Shown here: positions 10,307 through 20,772 of the stretch, piece by piece
Position numbering within the stretch: the stretch's first letter is position 1
Layout: each line of letters opens with the position of its first letter
NCBI GenBank assembly: GCA_963804955.1
Contig: CAWDSQ010000016.1
Coordinates: 64,001-128,000 of the forward strand
Direction of reading: 5' to 3'
From: an uncultured delta proteobacterium
GTDB taxonomy: Bacteria > Desulfobacterota > WTBG01 > CAIYCZ01 > CAIRTM01
DNA length: 64,000 bases
Program-made: the position numbers and the translations under genes
Notes under the pieces: model-generated
Seen by the model: only the letters and a program-made list of their open reading frames with translations
What the model was told of the DNA's origin: nothing
Databases searched by the model: none

Positions 10307-11332
10307 ATGGTAACCACGCTTCGAGAAGACCTGCGTGAGGCGATACTCTCCAGGCTCGCCAAGAAACAGAACCCCCTGGAGGGGTTTTACTGCGACGAGG
10401 CGACGCGGGAATCCATACTGGCGATCCTGATCGCCGGCCGGCACCTGCTGCTGGAAGGCCCGCCGGGCACGGGCAAAACCACGGTGGCGCGCATTATCGC
10501 CTCGCTTTTGCCGCCGATGGAAACCGTGGCGGATTGCCGCTACAACTGCTACCCCGCGTCCCCGTCGTGCCCTGACTGCACGGGCCGCAAGAGCCACAAA
10601 AAAATCAAGGTGGCCGGTGCGCAGCGCTTTATCCGCATCCAGGGCTCGCCCGAAATGATGCCCGAGGACCTCATGGGCGATCTTGACCCCGTGCTCGCCA
10701 TGAAGCTCGGCATTCAGGATGCCCGCGCGTTCACGCCCGGTAAAATCCAGAAGGCTAACCGCAAGATTCTTTTCATCGACGAGCTCAACCGCGTGCCCCA
10801 GCGAACGCAGAACACGCTGGTGCAGGTGCTCGAGGAGGGCATCACCACCATCGCCGGCTTTGACCTCACCTCAACGGTCGACACGCTGGTGGTGGCCACG
10901 GAAAACCCCGAGGAATACGCGGGCGCGGAGCGCGTGAGCGAAACCCTCTCGGACCGGTTCGAGCAGGTGCGCATCGGCTACCCCTGCGCCGAGGACGAAG
11001 AGGAGATTATCTCAGCGCTACGGCAAGCGCATCGAAGGCGTGAAGGCAGCCGATGATATTATCCGCCAGTCCGTGGCCATCAGCAATATTGCCCGCAGCA
11101 TGCCCGATGAGACTTGAGCGCCTCCCGAGCGTGCGCGCGACGCTTTCGATTTTCGAACAGTCCCAGTCTCTTGCTCGTCTCAAAGGCGCAAAGTCGGTGA
11201 GCAAAGCTGATGTCGAAACCGCGGCGCGGCGCGTACTGGAAGGCCGCCTTGCGGTGAGCAGCGAAAGCAAGTATTTTGAAAAGCAGGATTTGCTGATCGA
11301 GAAAAATCATCGATCAGTCGAAGAAGAATTAA
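10307..11332 (+). CDS. MoxR / Mg-chelatase I-like AAA+ ATPase; frameshifted near the C-terminus
   Basis: LLLEGPPGTGKTT, CRYNC...CPDC insert, LFIDELNR, LVVATENP and LSDRF. Confidence 0.88.
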
Positions 11333-11602
11333 TGCCCCTCTTCTGGAGCGGCAGGTTTCAAATCCCGTTTCTCCGGGGGTATGCTTCACATGGTGAGCAA
11401 TGCGATTACGCACCCTCAAGCGCTTCTTTGTTTTAAAGCAGGACGGGCTTAATAACCGCCCTCGTGAGGGGGATACCACCTAACAGCATGGAATATGTGC
11501 CGGGATACTAAATAATTTATCTGTTTGGATACATTCTCGTTGAATTCAGGGCGTTCCGCGCACCAAAATAAAATATGCAGCCATCAATAAACCTCACCAC
11601 AT

Positions 11603-14453
11603 ATGAATCTGCAGCAGGCGCTTCTACGGGGGGTCGGGCTGCAGGGAGCTTGACGCGCAGCTTTTGCGGCGCATGAAACTGCCTGCGCCTTCCGCACTGC
11701 AGCCGGGCCGCTTTTCTTTTGGAGCAGACATCGCGCCGAGCTTGCGGGGGTGGTCCGGCAGTGGATGCACGGCGCATGGCAGCCGCCGAAAAAACCGTTC
11801 CACAAACCCACCCGGGTATCTGGCCCCGCGAGCCCCCGCGGCATGGATGTTCCGTCCTATTCAAAGCGGCTCTGCCGGCTGCGCCACCTTCCGTCATCGC
11901 CGTTGACGCCGCACCTGCAGAGGTCGGCGCTGCACTGCATTACGGCTGCTCCCTGCAGTACGGGCTGCAGCTGCCCGTGCAAGTTGCCTCTGTGTATAAG
12001 CACCACCATCCCGGGGCAGGACATGGAATTCCATGCGGGCGATTTTCTCTGCGAGCTTGCCGTCTGGTGCCTGCAGAATAAAACGCCCCTCATCCCCCAT
12101 CGGCACGCAGCAGCGCATAGTGGCCTCGGAATTCCAGTTTATCTATAACCAGATGATTGCCCGTGCGCAGGATGATTTTGCCGGCCAATCGCGGCAAATC
12201 AAAAAACCCGAGCAGCTTGAAACCCTTGCTGTACAACTTGCGCAACAGGTTTTCAGCTCAGGCATGAGCATCGGGCGCCGAGCGCGAGGACATCATCAAC
12301 CGCGCCTGCTATCTCGGGAGCCGCCTGCTTGATTTGAGCAGGTATCTTTGCGCAACAGGCTACAGGCAGAAACCTGTTCTCCTGCTCTATAAAATGCAGC
12401 TTTCCCTTGATCTGCCGGCCCTGGCGCGCATGTTTTTCTCACCTCCCCTGCGGCGGTTGAAGAAATGTATCAGCCTCTTGACCCCCAGCATGCCTGCACA
12501 TACCGCATGCGCGCACTGCCCTGTGACCGGGAGGCGCCGCCCGTAAAAAAGCATTCAGCCCACAGCGCGAAAATGCAGGCAGCTATCGAAAAATTGCTTG
12601 CCGAACGCATGCAGGAGAAGCTTTCACTTTGCCGACATCGACAGGCTGTGCTCGCAGGTGGCCCTGGCCGTGCGGCAGCATCCGCTGGTGGAGCGGCCCG
12701 CAAGTGTGCGCGGCACCCTTGCCATGCGCGAAATAGCCCAGGGCCTCGGGCCTCATTCGCGGCGCCGTCACCCGCGAAACGCTTGCCAAGGCAGGCTTCT
12801 GTGGCCCTGGCCCACCGCATTCGCCTGGCCCAGGGCGACGACATCTGCATGGAAAGCCTGCTGAAAAGCATTTTCAGCAGCGCCATCTTCGGCATACCGC
12901 TTCCAAAGATGAAGAGCGCGCTGCCGAGCAGCGCCGTCCCCTGACACCCGAAGAGCTGGCACAAGCACTGCAGGGGCTTACTGATGCGGCATTCCGGCAG
13001 CTGGGCCCGGAAGAAGCCCTTCCCACGTCTGACCCCGGCTTTGCCCAGGATGCCATGAACCATCCGCTGGTGCAACAAGCACTGAAGGAGGCCATGGAAA
13101 AAGGGCTCCATGAATGACTCCTATAACGATTATAAAGACCTGCTGCGCGAGCTTGAAGACCGGGGCATGCTTGACATGGCGGATGCATCGAGCATGACCC
13201 TGAGCCAGGACGGGCAGGAGAACTTCAAAGAGAGCCTTGAGGATGCGCTGCGCCGCGGCGAGATTACCCCCGAAGAGCTGGCCGAAGCCCTTAGAAAAAC
13301 GCCCGCAGCATGCCTCCGCCTCCCGGACTGAACGGCGACAAAATGCGCCTGTCGCCGCAGGCGGAAACCGAGCTGATCGCCGAGATGATGGATTTTCAGC
13401 ATCAGGGCCGCTCGGAAAGCACCTCCCTTTGAAGACCTCTACGTGCACTATTCCGTTGGGGAAAATAAAGGCCTTGAGATCGACAAAGAAAAGGTCGATT
13501 ACGACCGCCTTAAAATCATGATCCACGAGCTTGAAAAAAAGGGCGTGCTTGCCATGTCGGGCGAAAAGAAACGGTTCACGCTGTCGCATCTCTCACTTGA
13601 GCGCCTGCTGAAGGGGCTCATCCAGCGGCAGAAGGGGCAAGTCCTGGAAAAACGCGCATTCAAAAAAGATCTCGAGTCGGATAAAACGGATGTGCGCCGC
13701 TACCAGCGGGGTGATGTTTTCAAAAACATATCCATACGCCATACCCTGCGGCGCGTGCTCCAGAAAGGGCAAGTCGTTCGAGGACGTTAATTATACCGAC
13801 CTGCGTGCTTTTGAAAAAAAACCGGCAAACCAGCTTGACATTGCCGTATGCGTCGACATTTCAGCCTCCATGAAGGAAAGCGGCAAGCTGCGGTATGCAA
13901 AAATGGCCATGGCCGAGCTTGCCCGGGCAGCCACTGCCAAAGGTGACCGCATGGGCATCATAGCTTTTTCCAACCTCGGGCAGGTCGTAGAGCCCCTGAC
14001 CGACAAAATAACGCCGCTTATGAATGCCGCCATGACGCTGCGCTCTGAGCAGTACACCAATATCGGCAACGGCCTGCGGGTGGCCCGCCAGATGCTGGAG
14101 AAAGACCGCAACAGCAATGCCAAATTTATTATACTTATTACCGATGGCGAGCCCAATGCCGCCCTGTCCGATGACAGCCGGGGCGACGGTTATTACGCCC
14201 GCGTGGCGGAGTTTTCCCACGGAACTTCTATGGAGGCCAAGCGCGCCATGGGAGCCCAGCATGCCCTGCTGGAGGCCGCAAGAACCCGGCGCAAGCATAT
14301 GAAAGTTGCGGTTGTCTATATATGCCCGGAAGACAAGGTCGATCCGGAAAGCGAGCGTGTGGCCGCGAAATCGCCCGCAGGGGCGGGGGCAAATTTCACA
14401 GAGTGCGGGCACTGGAACGCCTGCCGCTTGAAGCGCTGGAAACCGTGGCGTAA
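11603..14453 (+). CDS. Large vWA-domain protein, likely partner of the AAA+ ATPase; heavily frameshifted, N-terminal extent uncertain
   Basis: C-terminal MIDAS VCVDISASM, YTNIGNGL and ILITDGEPN; upstream RRYQRGD...ISIRHTLR linker; acidic helical fragments at 13110-13790. Confidence 0.65.
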
Positions 14454-14504
14454 ACCCCACTACGTGTGAAGCAGTCATATAAAATTGAAAGCATTAAATT
14501 TCCG

Positions 14505-14532
14505 CGTCATCCCGGCGAAAGCCGGTATCCAG
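14505..14532. repeat. REP-like palindromic element, copy A
   Basis: CGTCATCCCGGCGAAAGCCGGTATCCAG; near-identical inverted copy at 18882-18909. Confidence 0.7.
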
Positions 14533-14593
14533 TTCTCATGCAGGGGCAGGATGTATCGTGCTCCTACTCTGGATTAAGGTTACCAATATCTTC

Positions 14594-14633
14594 AAAAAAA
14601 CAAGGCCCGAAGCCATGCGGCTTCGGGCCTTGT
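14594..14633. terminator. Intrinsic terminator between the convergent vWA and AOR operons
   Basis: A7-CAAGGCCCGAAGCC-AT-GCGGCTTCGGGCCTTG; T-tail on the minus strand. Confidence 0.8.
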
Positions 14634-14658
14634 ACGTGTTTCTGCAGATTAACTAATA

Positions 14659-14901
14659 CTACTCGGCCAGAACGGGAAGCAGATAATTAAAACCGTTTTT
14701 GACGGCTTCTTTAGCCTGCTTGCCGCTGATGACCTTCTTCTTCTCAAGATAGTTGACAAGCTTTTCATATCCTTCCAGCAAAATGCGGCGGTGGGTCTTT
14801 TCGTCGACCACGTTCTTGTCTTTCAGATAATCCAGAACGTCGAGCGTCTTGTCGTCTAGGTCTATGAACTTCTTGGCCTGCGCCTGTGTCATGATTGCCA
14901 T
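14659..14901 (-). CDS. 80-aa hypothetical protein, last gene of the AOR operon
   Basis: AAAGGAGA RBS then ATG 14901: MAIMTQAQAKKFIDLDDKTLDVLDYL...; fused to AOR in the ORF track only through a frameshift. Confidence 0.75.
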   Translation of the reverse strand: MAIMTQAQAKKFIDLDDKTLDVLDYLKDKNVVDEKTHRRILLEGYEKLVNYLEKKKVISGKQAKEAVKNGFNYLLPVLAE

Positions 14902-14927
14902 AATATATCTCCTTTCGCTTATCAGAA

Positions 14928-16678
14928 TTAATAGTAGTATTTTTGTTTTTTCTTTCCAGCGTCGGACATATACTTCGGCTCTGAGCGGAGCGAGGTCTTT
15001 TGCAACGTAGTCAAGGCCGAGCATCTTCAGTCTCTTTTCCGAGGGGAAGCCGGTCTTGGCATCCCAGTCACGATACTTGTAGTACTTTTGCAGCATATCG
15101 TTGAGCGGGAAAACGACGCCGACGTTGGTCTGATAGTCCACGCCCTGGGGCATGGGCTCTTTGAGGAAACGCTCGGGAACCGTATCCTCGCGGGCGCCGG
15201 ACATGCAGCGCGTCCAGTACGCTCGTCCAAGCTGGAAAATACGCTCGCCGATCTCCTGGAACTCTTCCTCGGTGAAGTCAAGGCCGCGGTGCAGGCGTTC
15301 AGGTACTCTACCTGATCGGGGGTAAGCACGGCGTATGACCAGTGCGTGGTGAAACAGCACACCTGGGAACGGTGACTTTGTGTAGCCTTCTGGTTTTCTT
15401 CGTCGAGCAGTGCGGGCTTGTTGGCAGTCGTGGTGGGCTTTGCGCCGCGCTCGTAGCCGAGCAGCTTGGTGTTCAGGCCCGTGTACAGAGCGCCTGAAAG
15501 CTCGCAGCGAGCACAGTGAACGAAGATGATCGCAGCCGCCGCGGGTGCCCTGCGCAAATGACAGGCCGTAGCCGAAACCAAGGCCGCGGGGGTCATCGCC
15601 CGGCAGCGTCATGCCGCGGGTTGTGATGCTGTAATAGTGCGCATCTTGGGGCAGGCCCAGTTTGTCGGCAGCACGGTCTGCGCCTTCGGCAAGAATTGCG
15701 CCGAAGCCTTCTCTTTTTGCTATCATGGGGATAAGCTTATCCATAACCTCTTCATTACCCCATTCAAGCTCAAGACCAGCCAGTTCCTGGTGGTGATGAA
15801 GCCTCTCTGATACCATTCCATGGCAGTCGAGATAACACCGCCGCACTCGATGGCATCCATACCGTAATCATTGGTCAGCCGGGCATTGTGCCAGATATCG
15901 TTGGCGTCTTCGATGATACCGCAGCGAGCATGCGTGCTGGGGAACTGCATGCTCGTATTCGGGACCGCCGAACTCTTCACCTGCCCATTTGCCTTCCTGA
16001 TCTGCGTGAAACGGCCGCAACAGATGGGGCATGAAAAGCAGCCTTCGCGGTGCTTCAGCACGGTGGCGGCGATACCCTTCAGATTCTTGGAGCCGATAAC
16101 GCCGCCCGTGCCGGTACGGCCTGCAGCCCGCCAAACGTCATTGAAGGTACAGGCAAAACGCACCATGTTCTCACCTGCGGGGCCGATCAGCATGATGTGA
16201 ATGTCCTCGTCCCCGAGCTCTTCCTTAATCATCTGGTCCGCCTCGCGGGGGAACTTGCCCCAGAGGTGGCGGGCGTCGCGAATCTCGACCTTGTCGTCAT
16301 CGATCCAGATATACACGGGGTTCTTTGCCTTGCCCTGAACGATGATCTGGTCATAGCCGGCGAACTTTACTTCTGCGCCCCAGTGGCCGCCCATGTTGCC
16401 GAATCGCCGAAGCCGCCCGTGAGCGGGCTTTTGCAGGAAACGGTCACGCGGCCCGTTGAGGGGGCTGCGGTGCCGCTGATCGGGGCCCATGCCGAAGCAG
16501 ACGCGCGCTTCGGGATCATAGGGATCCAAGGTGCGCGGGCACCTCGTTATAGATTACGTCTGAATTGAAACCACGGCCGCCGATCCATTTGCGCCGGTAC
16601 TCATAGGAAAGGGGCTCTTTCTTGATTTCACCTGTGGTGAGATTAACTCTGAGTCTTTGTCCTGCCCCATCCGTACAT
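14928..16678 (-). CDS. Tungsten aldehyde:ferredoxin oxidoreductase-family (WOR) catalytic subunit 1; many frameshifts and an apparent internal deletion
   Basis: MYGW.G..LRVNLT, GGHWGAEVKFAGYD, IGPAGEN, AAGRTGTGGVIGSKNLKGIA, CFSCPICC, GGPEYE, DDPRG...TRGGCDH, DTVPERF and YYKYRDWD. Confidence 0.9.
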
Positions 16679-16680
16679 AA

Positions 16681-17187
16681 TTAGGCCTCCTCTCCAACAC
16701 TTAGCGGCTTTAAGTCGTTCTTCCAGTTTTTCTCTGCGCTTGGCCTTGAAGGCGACGGTCGGCGTCGTGTAGGTAGATGGCGCCGCTCGGGCACCAGTCG
16801 GCGCAGACAGGGGCCTTCGGCCCGGCCTTCGCACAGAGTCGCACTTGAAGGCTTTGCCGGTTTTATAGTGCATGTTGATGGCGCCGAAAGGGGCATGCCA
16901 TCGCGCACTCTTTGCAGCCGATGCACTTATTGGCATCGATTTTGGTGATTCCTGCCGCGGCGTCCATGGCGCAGGCGCCGGTGGGGCACACATTGGCGCA
17001 GCGGCGCGTCGGTGCAGGCGTCGCAGCCCACGACAAAGGACTCGCCGAATCTCTCGTTACGAACACATGCGATGCGGGAAACCACCTTGCCGCATTCGCC
17101 GTCATGATACAGGGAACACCCTACGACGCAGCTTCTACAGCCGCTGCATTTTTCCTGGTGGTACACCAAGACTTTTTCATTGCTCAT
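16681..17187 (-). CDS. 4x[4Fe-4S] small subunit (DmsB/WorS/AorA-like); frameshifted
   Basis: CSGCRSCVVGC, CDACTDAP.C..VCP, CIGCKECAMACPF and KAFKCD. Confidence 0.9.
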
Positions 17188-17324
17188 GTCAGTTACCCTC
17201 CTTTCAAAGGGATCAAAAAAAAGAAACTCTAGCCAGTATTGCCTTTAGTTTCCGGTTCCCCCACGGGAACCGTCGGTGAAAAAAAACACCTCCTTTCATT
17301 TTTTTTATTTTTTACAGAAACTCC

Positions 17325-17445
17325 AAAAAAAAGCCTGAAGGCACAGCTGTGCCTTCAGGCTTCCTTTGCAAAATTGGCGGGCCAAGCACACTGCTTGAGC
17401 CTTATCGAGTCCGCTTTAGAGCGGACTCGGAAGTCCTTAAAGTAT
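17325..17445 (-). ncRNA. Candidate variant Moco/Tuco-like riboswitch with overlapping terminator, copy 1 (AOR operon leader)
   Basis: AGGACTTCC-GAGTCCGC-TCTAAA-GCGGACTC-GAT-AAGGC-TCAAGCA-GTG-TGCTTG-GCCC-GC-CAATTTT-GC-AAAGGAAGCCT, continuing into GAAGGCACA-GC-TGTGCCTTCAGGC-T8. Confidence 0.7.
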
Positions 17446-17717
17446 GAGCATGTTTAATTACTTTTTTATGACGCAGAAGTCAATGGTTTTTTCACAACTT
17501 AGAAGGAGGTATATTTCAGCCTGATCAGCACCCATGCCTGTCCATCCAACCCGGGTATCGCACCCGCAAAAGCTCTGTTTGTCGTCATATGTTTTTTTGC
17601 TGCGCAGCTTACATCCTTTCTCTCTGTCCAGCCTTTCGGGAAACCTGCCACAGGCTGATAGCTGGCAGGCTTCATTAGAAGCGGCTTTTATGCAGTGTAT
17701 TTGTCTTTTTTTTCAGG

Positions 17718-18674
17718 TCACTGCTTTTCCTGCTGCAGTTTGCTGTCTGCCATTGAATCCAGGATGGCGACATCGGCTTTTTCGCGGAGCGCGTCGGTGA
17801 ACGTATGGAGAAGCGCCACTGAGCACATTTCATAGAGCCTGGCCTTCAGATCTTCTTCAATCAGCTCAAAGGGCCGCTTCCTGCCGCCCTCAATAATGGT
17901 CTTCACCATAAGAACATGCAGGCCTTCATCGGTTCGGATCACGCGGGAAATCTCGCCTTCCTTCATGCGGAAAGCAATGCCGTCAAGGATCGGATGAAAC
18001 TGGCCGGGCGTGACAAAGCCGAGGTTTGCGCCCTTGATCTCAGTGCCGTTCAGAGAGCCTTCGGCAGCGACTTTCTCGAAAGCCGCAGGGTCTGCAGCAA
18101 GCTTTTCAAGCTCCTGACGCACTTTTTTCTCTTCGGCGGGGTCGGCATAGCGGTCCAGCCTCTGCATGACGTGCAGCACGTTACGGACCTCGGGCCCCTG
18201 CATTTCATCAGGATGCTCATCATAATACCGCCGCGCCTCCTGCGAGGTCACGGGCTTTCGCTTGCCCTCCACGGCTGAAGCTGCGGTTTTATTTATTATG
18301 ATATCTTTCTGCACCTGGTCGCGGAACTCCGCCGGACTCAGCCCCGTCATCACGAGCATGGCCTTGAACTGCTGCTCGCTGTCGAATTCGGCAATCGAGC
18401 CGGCGGTCACCGTGGCAATTTCCTCATCCGTGGCGGCAATGCCCGTGCGGCAGCCTTCCTGGTACAGCAGCTCCCGCATAACAAGCTTATCGATCGCATG
18501 CTTGCGGGCAGCATACATTTCCTGCTGCGGCAGGCGCACTTTGCCCTTGCTGTCCTTGTACGGATCAAGCAGGGTCTGCAGGGCCGCTGCCACCTGGTAT
18601 TCGCTGATAACAACGCCATTGACCCGTGCGACAGGGGTCTTTTTTTGAGCTGGATTAATTGTATTTTGTTCCAT
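17718..18674 (-). CDS. SurA/PpiC-type peptidylprolyl isomerase, no obvious signal peptide
   Basis: VARVNGVVI, SurA-N helices, NLGFVTPGQF and ISRVIRTDEGLHVL. Confidence 0.8.
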   Translation of the reverse strand: MEQNTINPAQKKTPVARVNGVVISEYQVAAALQTLLDPYKDSKGKVRLPQQEMYAARKHAIDKLVMRELLYQEGCRTGIAATDEEIATVTAGSIAEFDSEQQFKAMLVMTGLSPAEFRDQVQKDIIINKTAASAVEGKRKPVTSQEARRYYDEHPDEMQGPEVRNVLHVMQRLDRYADPAEEKKVRQELEKLAADPAAFEKVAAEGSLNGTEIKGANLGFVTPGQFHPILDGIAFRMKEGEISRVIRTDEGLHVLMVKTIIEGGRKRPFELIEEDLKARLYEMCSVALLHTFTDALREKADVAILDSMADSKLQQEKQ

Positions 18675-18820
18675 ATGTTTTACCTGCGCAATTATTATTT
18701 ATGTGCCGCTCACACTTCATACAGTAACATATGTCTCAAATACTCCAGCATGTCCACAAAAAATTGTTCTCCTCGACGCGCTGGGGCAACACGTGAAAAG
18801 TGTACAAGATTCATAGTCCA

Positions 18821-18909
18821 GTAGGGGCAGACCTGCGTGTCTGCCAGAGGTCCGCACACCGGTCTGCCCCTACATAAAATTCTGGATGCCGGCTTTCGCC
18901 GGTATGACG
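18821..18909. repeat. GTAG-type REP doublet plus REP-like element copy B
   Basis: GTAGGGGCAGACC...GGTCTGCCCCTAC (18821-18873) and CTGGATGCCGGCTTTCGCCGGTATGACG (18882-18909). Confidence 0.7.
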
Positions 18910-18997
18910 ATCTTGTTGGATTTTCGACTTTTTACGAGGGCAGCAAACCTGCTTTTTAATTTATTGAACCTTGAACACAAGACCCTGTAGTGAAGTA

Positions 18998-20296
18998 TCA
19001 GGCGCCTGTCCTTGACACAAACCCGCTCAACTGGTTAACCACAGGGAGAAGCTGCGTCTGAGGCTTTTTGATAAATTCTTTCCACGGCGTCTTTCCGACA
19101 ATAGCACCCCGGACAATGCCTGCTCCGTCCACATTGCCGACAGCCATAAAAGAAACAGGGATGCCGTCTTTCAGCTTTACCTTCTGGTAGATGCTATGAC
19201 TCTTAAAGGTGACTTCTTCAATGTCATCACCCTCTGTCTGAACATCGCCGATAGCAGTTATCCACATCTCGTAGAAGTCAACGCTGTTCATGGGGATATT
19301 GCCCTCATAGGTCCTCTGCTGCCCGGACATGTTGCACGCTGCGATTCTTCCCTGCGCTGCCGCCACTGGCCAGATGGCATTGTATATCCATTCCTTGCTG
19401 ACTATATGACGCGAGCGGCATACATCTCCTGCAGCATAGACATCCTCAACCGTGGTACGCTGGCAATCATCAACAGAGATTATCCGGTCCACCTTAACAT
19501 CTGTGCCTTCAAGAAAGTCCGTGTTTGCTTTAACACCAACAGAGGCAACAATAAAATCAGCTTCTTCTTCTCCGCCGTTTTTATACGTCACAACATACTT
19601 ATTTCCCTGTTTCCGCGTGTCAATAACAGAATTGTGAAGCTCAATATCAAGCAGTTCATGCCGGGTCATCCGTTCCCGAACCCGGGCGCTTGCCTCAAGA
19701 TCAGTCATGCGGCCAAGCACTGTTGGCAGCAGCTCGACTACCTTGACCTGCACTCCCTGCTTCACAAGACCATATGCTGTTTTCAGCCCGACAAATCCTG
19801 CGCCGATAATAATTGCTTTTTTACCCTTCTTTGCCCAGCCTTTCAGTTTGTTTGAATCATCATAATTCCTCATCCCTATAATACCTTCCGGGTCATAGGG
19901 GAAGCTTTTGAGAAAAATGGGTGATGAGCCTGTTGCTACAAGCAGGGTATCATAAGAAATCTTTTTCGTTCTTCCATTCTGTTTTGCATAGACAATCCGG
20001 TTTTTAGCATCGACTTTCTCAGCCCGGGTAGAAAGGTTCAGGTCTATATCACGACCAGTGTACCATTTTTCAGAATGTGACAGAAGGTGGCTCCGGGTAA
20101 CCATACCGCCAAGATAATAGGTAATAAGGCACCGTGAATAAGAGGGCACCGCCTCTTCACCAAGAATAACAATTTTATCTTCAGGATTCAGTGTCCGCAG
20201 AGTATCTGCCGCGGTAACAGCTGCAATGCAGTTACCGATAATAACATGCTGCCGCGCACTTTTTTTTACTTTGGTTTTATTGGCCTGTATTTTCAT
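18998..20296 (-). CDS. FAD-dependent NAD(P)H oxidoreductase (NirB N-terminal / AorC-like)
   Basis: VIIGNCIAA, LLVATGS, IIGAGFVGL and VYAAGDV. Confidence 0.9.
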   Translation of the reverse strand: MKIQANKTKVKKSARQHVIIGNCIAAVTAADTLRTLNPEDKIVILGEEAVPSYSRCLITYYLGGMVTRSHLLSHSEKWYTGRDIDLNLSTRAEKVDAKNRIVYAKQNGRTKKISYDTLLVATGSSPIFLKSFPYDPEGIIGMRNYDDSNKLKGWAKKGKKAIIIGAGFVGLKTAYGLVKQGVQVKVVELLPTVLGRMTDLEASARVRERMTRHELLDIELHNSVIDTRKQGNKYVVTYKNGGEEEADFIVASVGVKANTDFLEGTDVKVDRIISVDDCQRTTVEDVYAAGDVCRSRHIVSKEWIYNAIWPVAAAQGRIAACNMSGQQRTYEGNIPMNSVDFYEMWITAIGDVQTEGDDIEEVTFKSHSIYQKVKLKDGIPVSFMAVGNVDGAGIVRGAIVGKTPWKEFIKKPQTQLLPVVNQLSGFVSRTGA

Positions 20297-20772
20297 CTTC
20301 GTGTTATCCCCCGTATCTCTTTTATTTTTCTATTTCTTCTTTTTTTCACTGTCGTGCTAAAATCATCAAAAAACAGAGCTTCCCTGTCGCATACGGCAAC
20401 GCAGGGAGGATTATCTTTTTCTCCGCAAATCAGCGTGCACTTAAAAGCTTTTTCAAGGCTCATAACCGTCTTTATTGCTCCATGGGGACATACCATGTTG
20501 CACATAAAGCACCCAATGCACCTTTTTTCATCCTGAATAATAATTCCATCGTTGCCGCACTTCAGTGATTCACCAATGCAGGCATCCACGCAGGGTGTGT
20601 CTTCGCAGTGCTTGCACAGGCGAAGGAAAGGCCCCTGCGGGCTCTGGTACACTTTGATAAATGGTGCATACCCGGCAGAGTCGCTGCTTGATTTGCTGCA
20701 TTGTGCAGAGCAGGCGACTTCGCACTGGCGGCACACATCGCACTTATCAGGTCTAAAAACAAATGCTTTCAT
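20293..20772 (-). CDS. 4x[4Fe-4S] protein (CooF/AorA-like)
   Basis: CDVCRQCEVAC, CKHCEDTPCVDAC, CIGCFMCNMVCP and KCTLIC...PPCVAVC. Confidence 0.9.
   Translation of the reverse strand: MKAFVFRPDKCDVCRQCEVACSAQCSKSSSDSAGYAPFIKVYQSPQGPFLRLCKHCEDTPCVDACIGESLKCGNDGIIIQDEKRCIGCFMCNMVCPHGAIKTVMSLEKAFKCTLICGEKDNPPCVAVCDREALFFDDFSTTVKKRRNRKIKEIRGITRR

Noticed and set aside
14659..15846. AOR fused to an 80-aa C-terminal domain, as in the ORF track
   Set aside because: A separate RBS and ATG at 14901 and a stop at 14928 indicate two genes joined by an indel
15930..15965. Unusual EYEH active-site motif in AOR 1
   Set aside because: A frameshift falls right after EYE, so the His is probably an artifact
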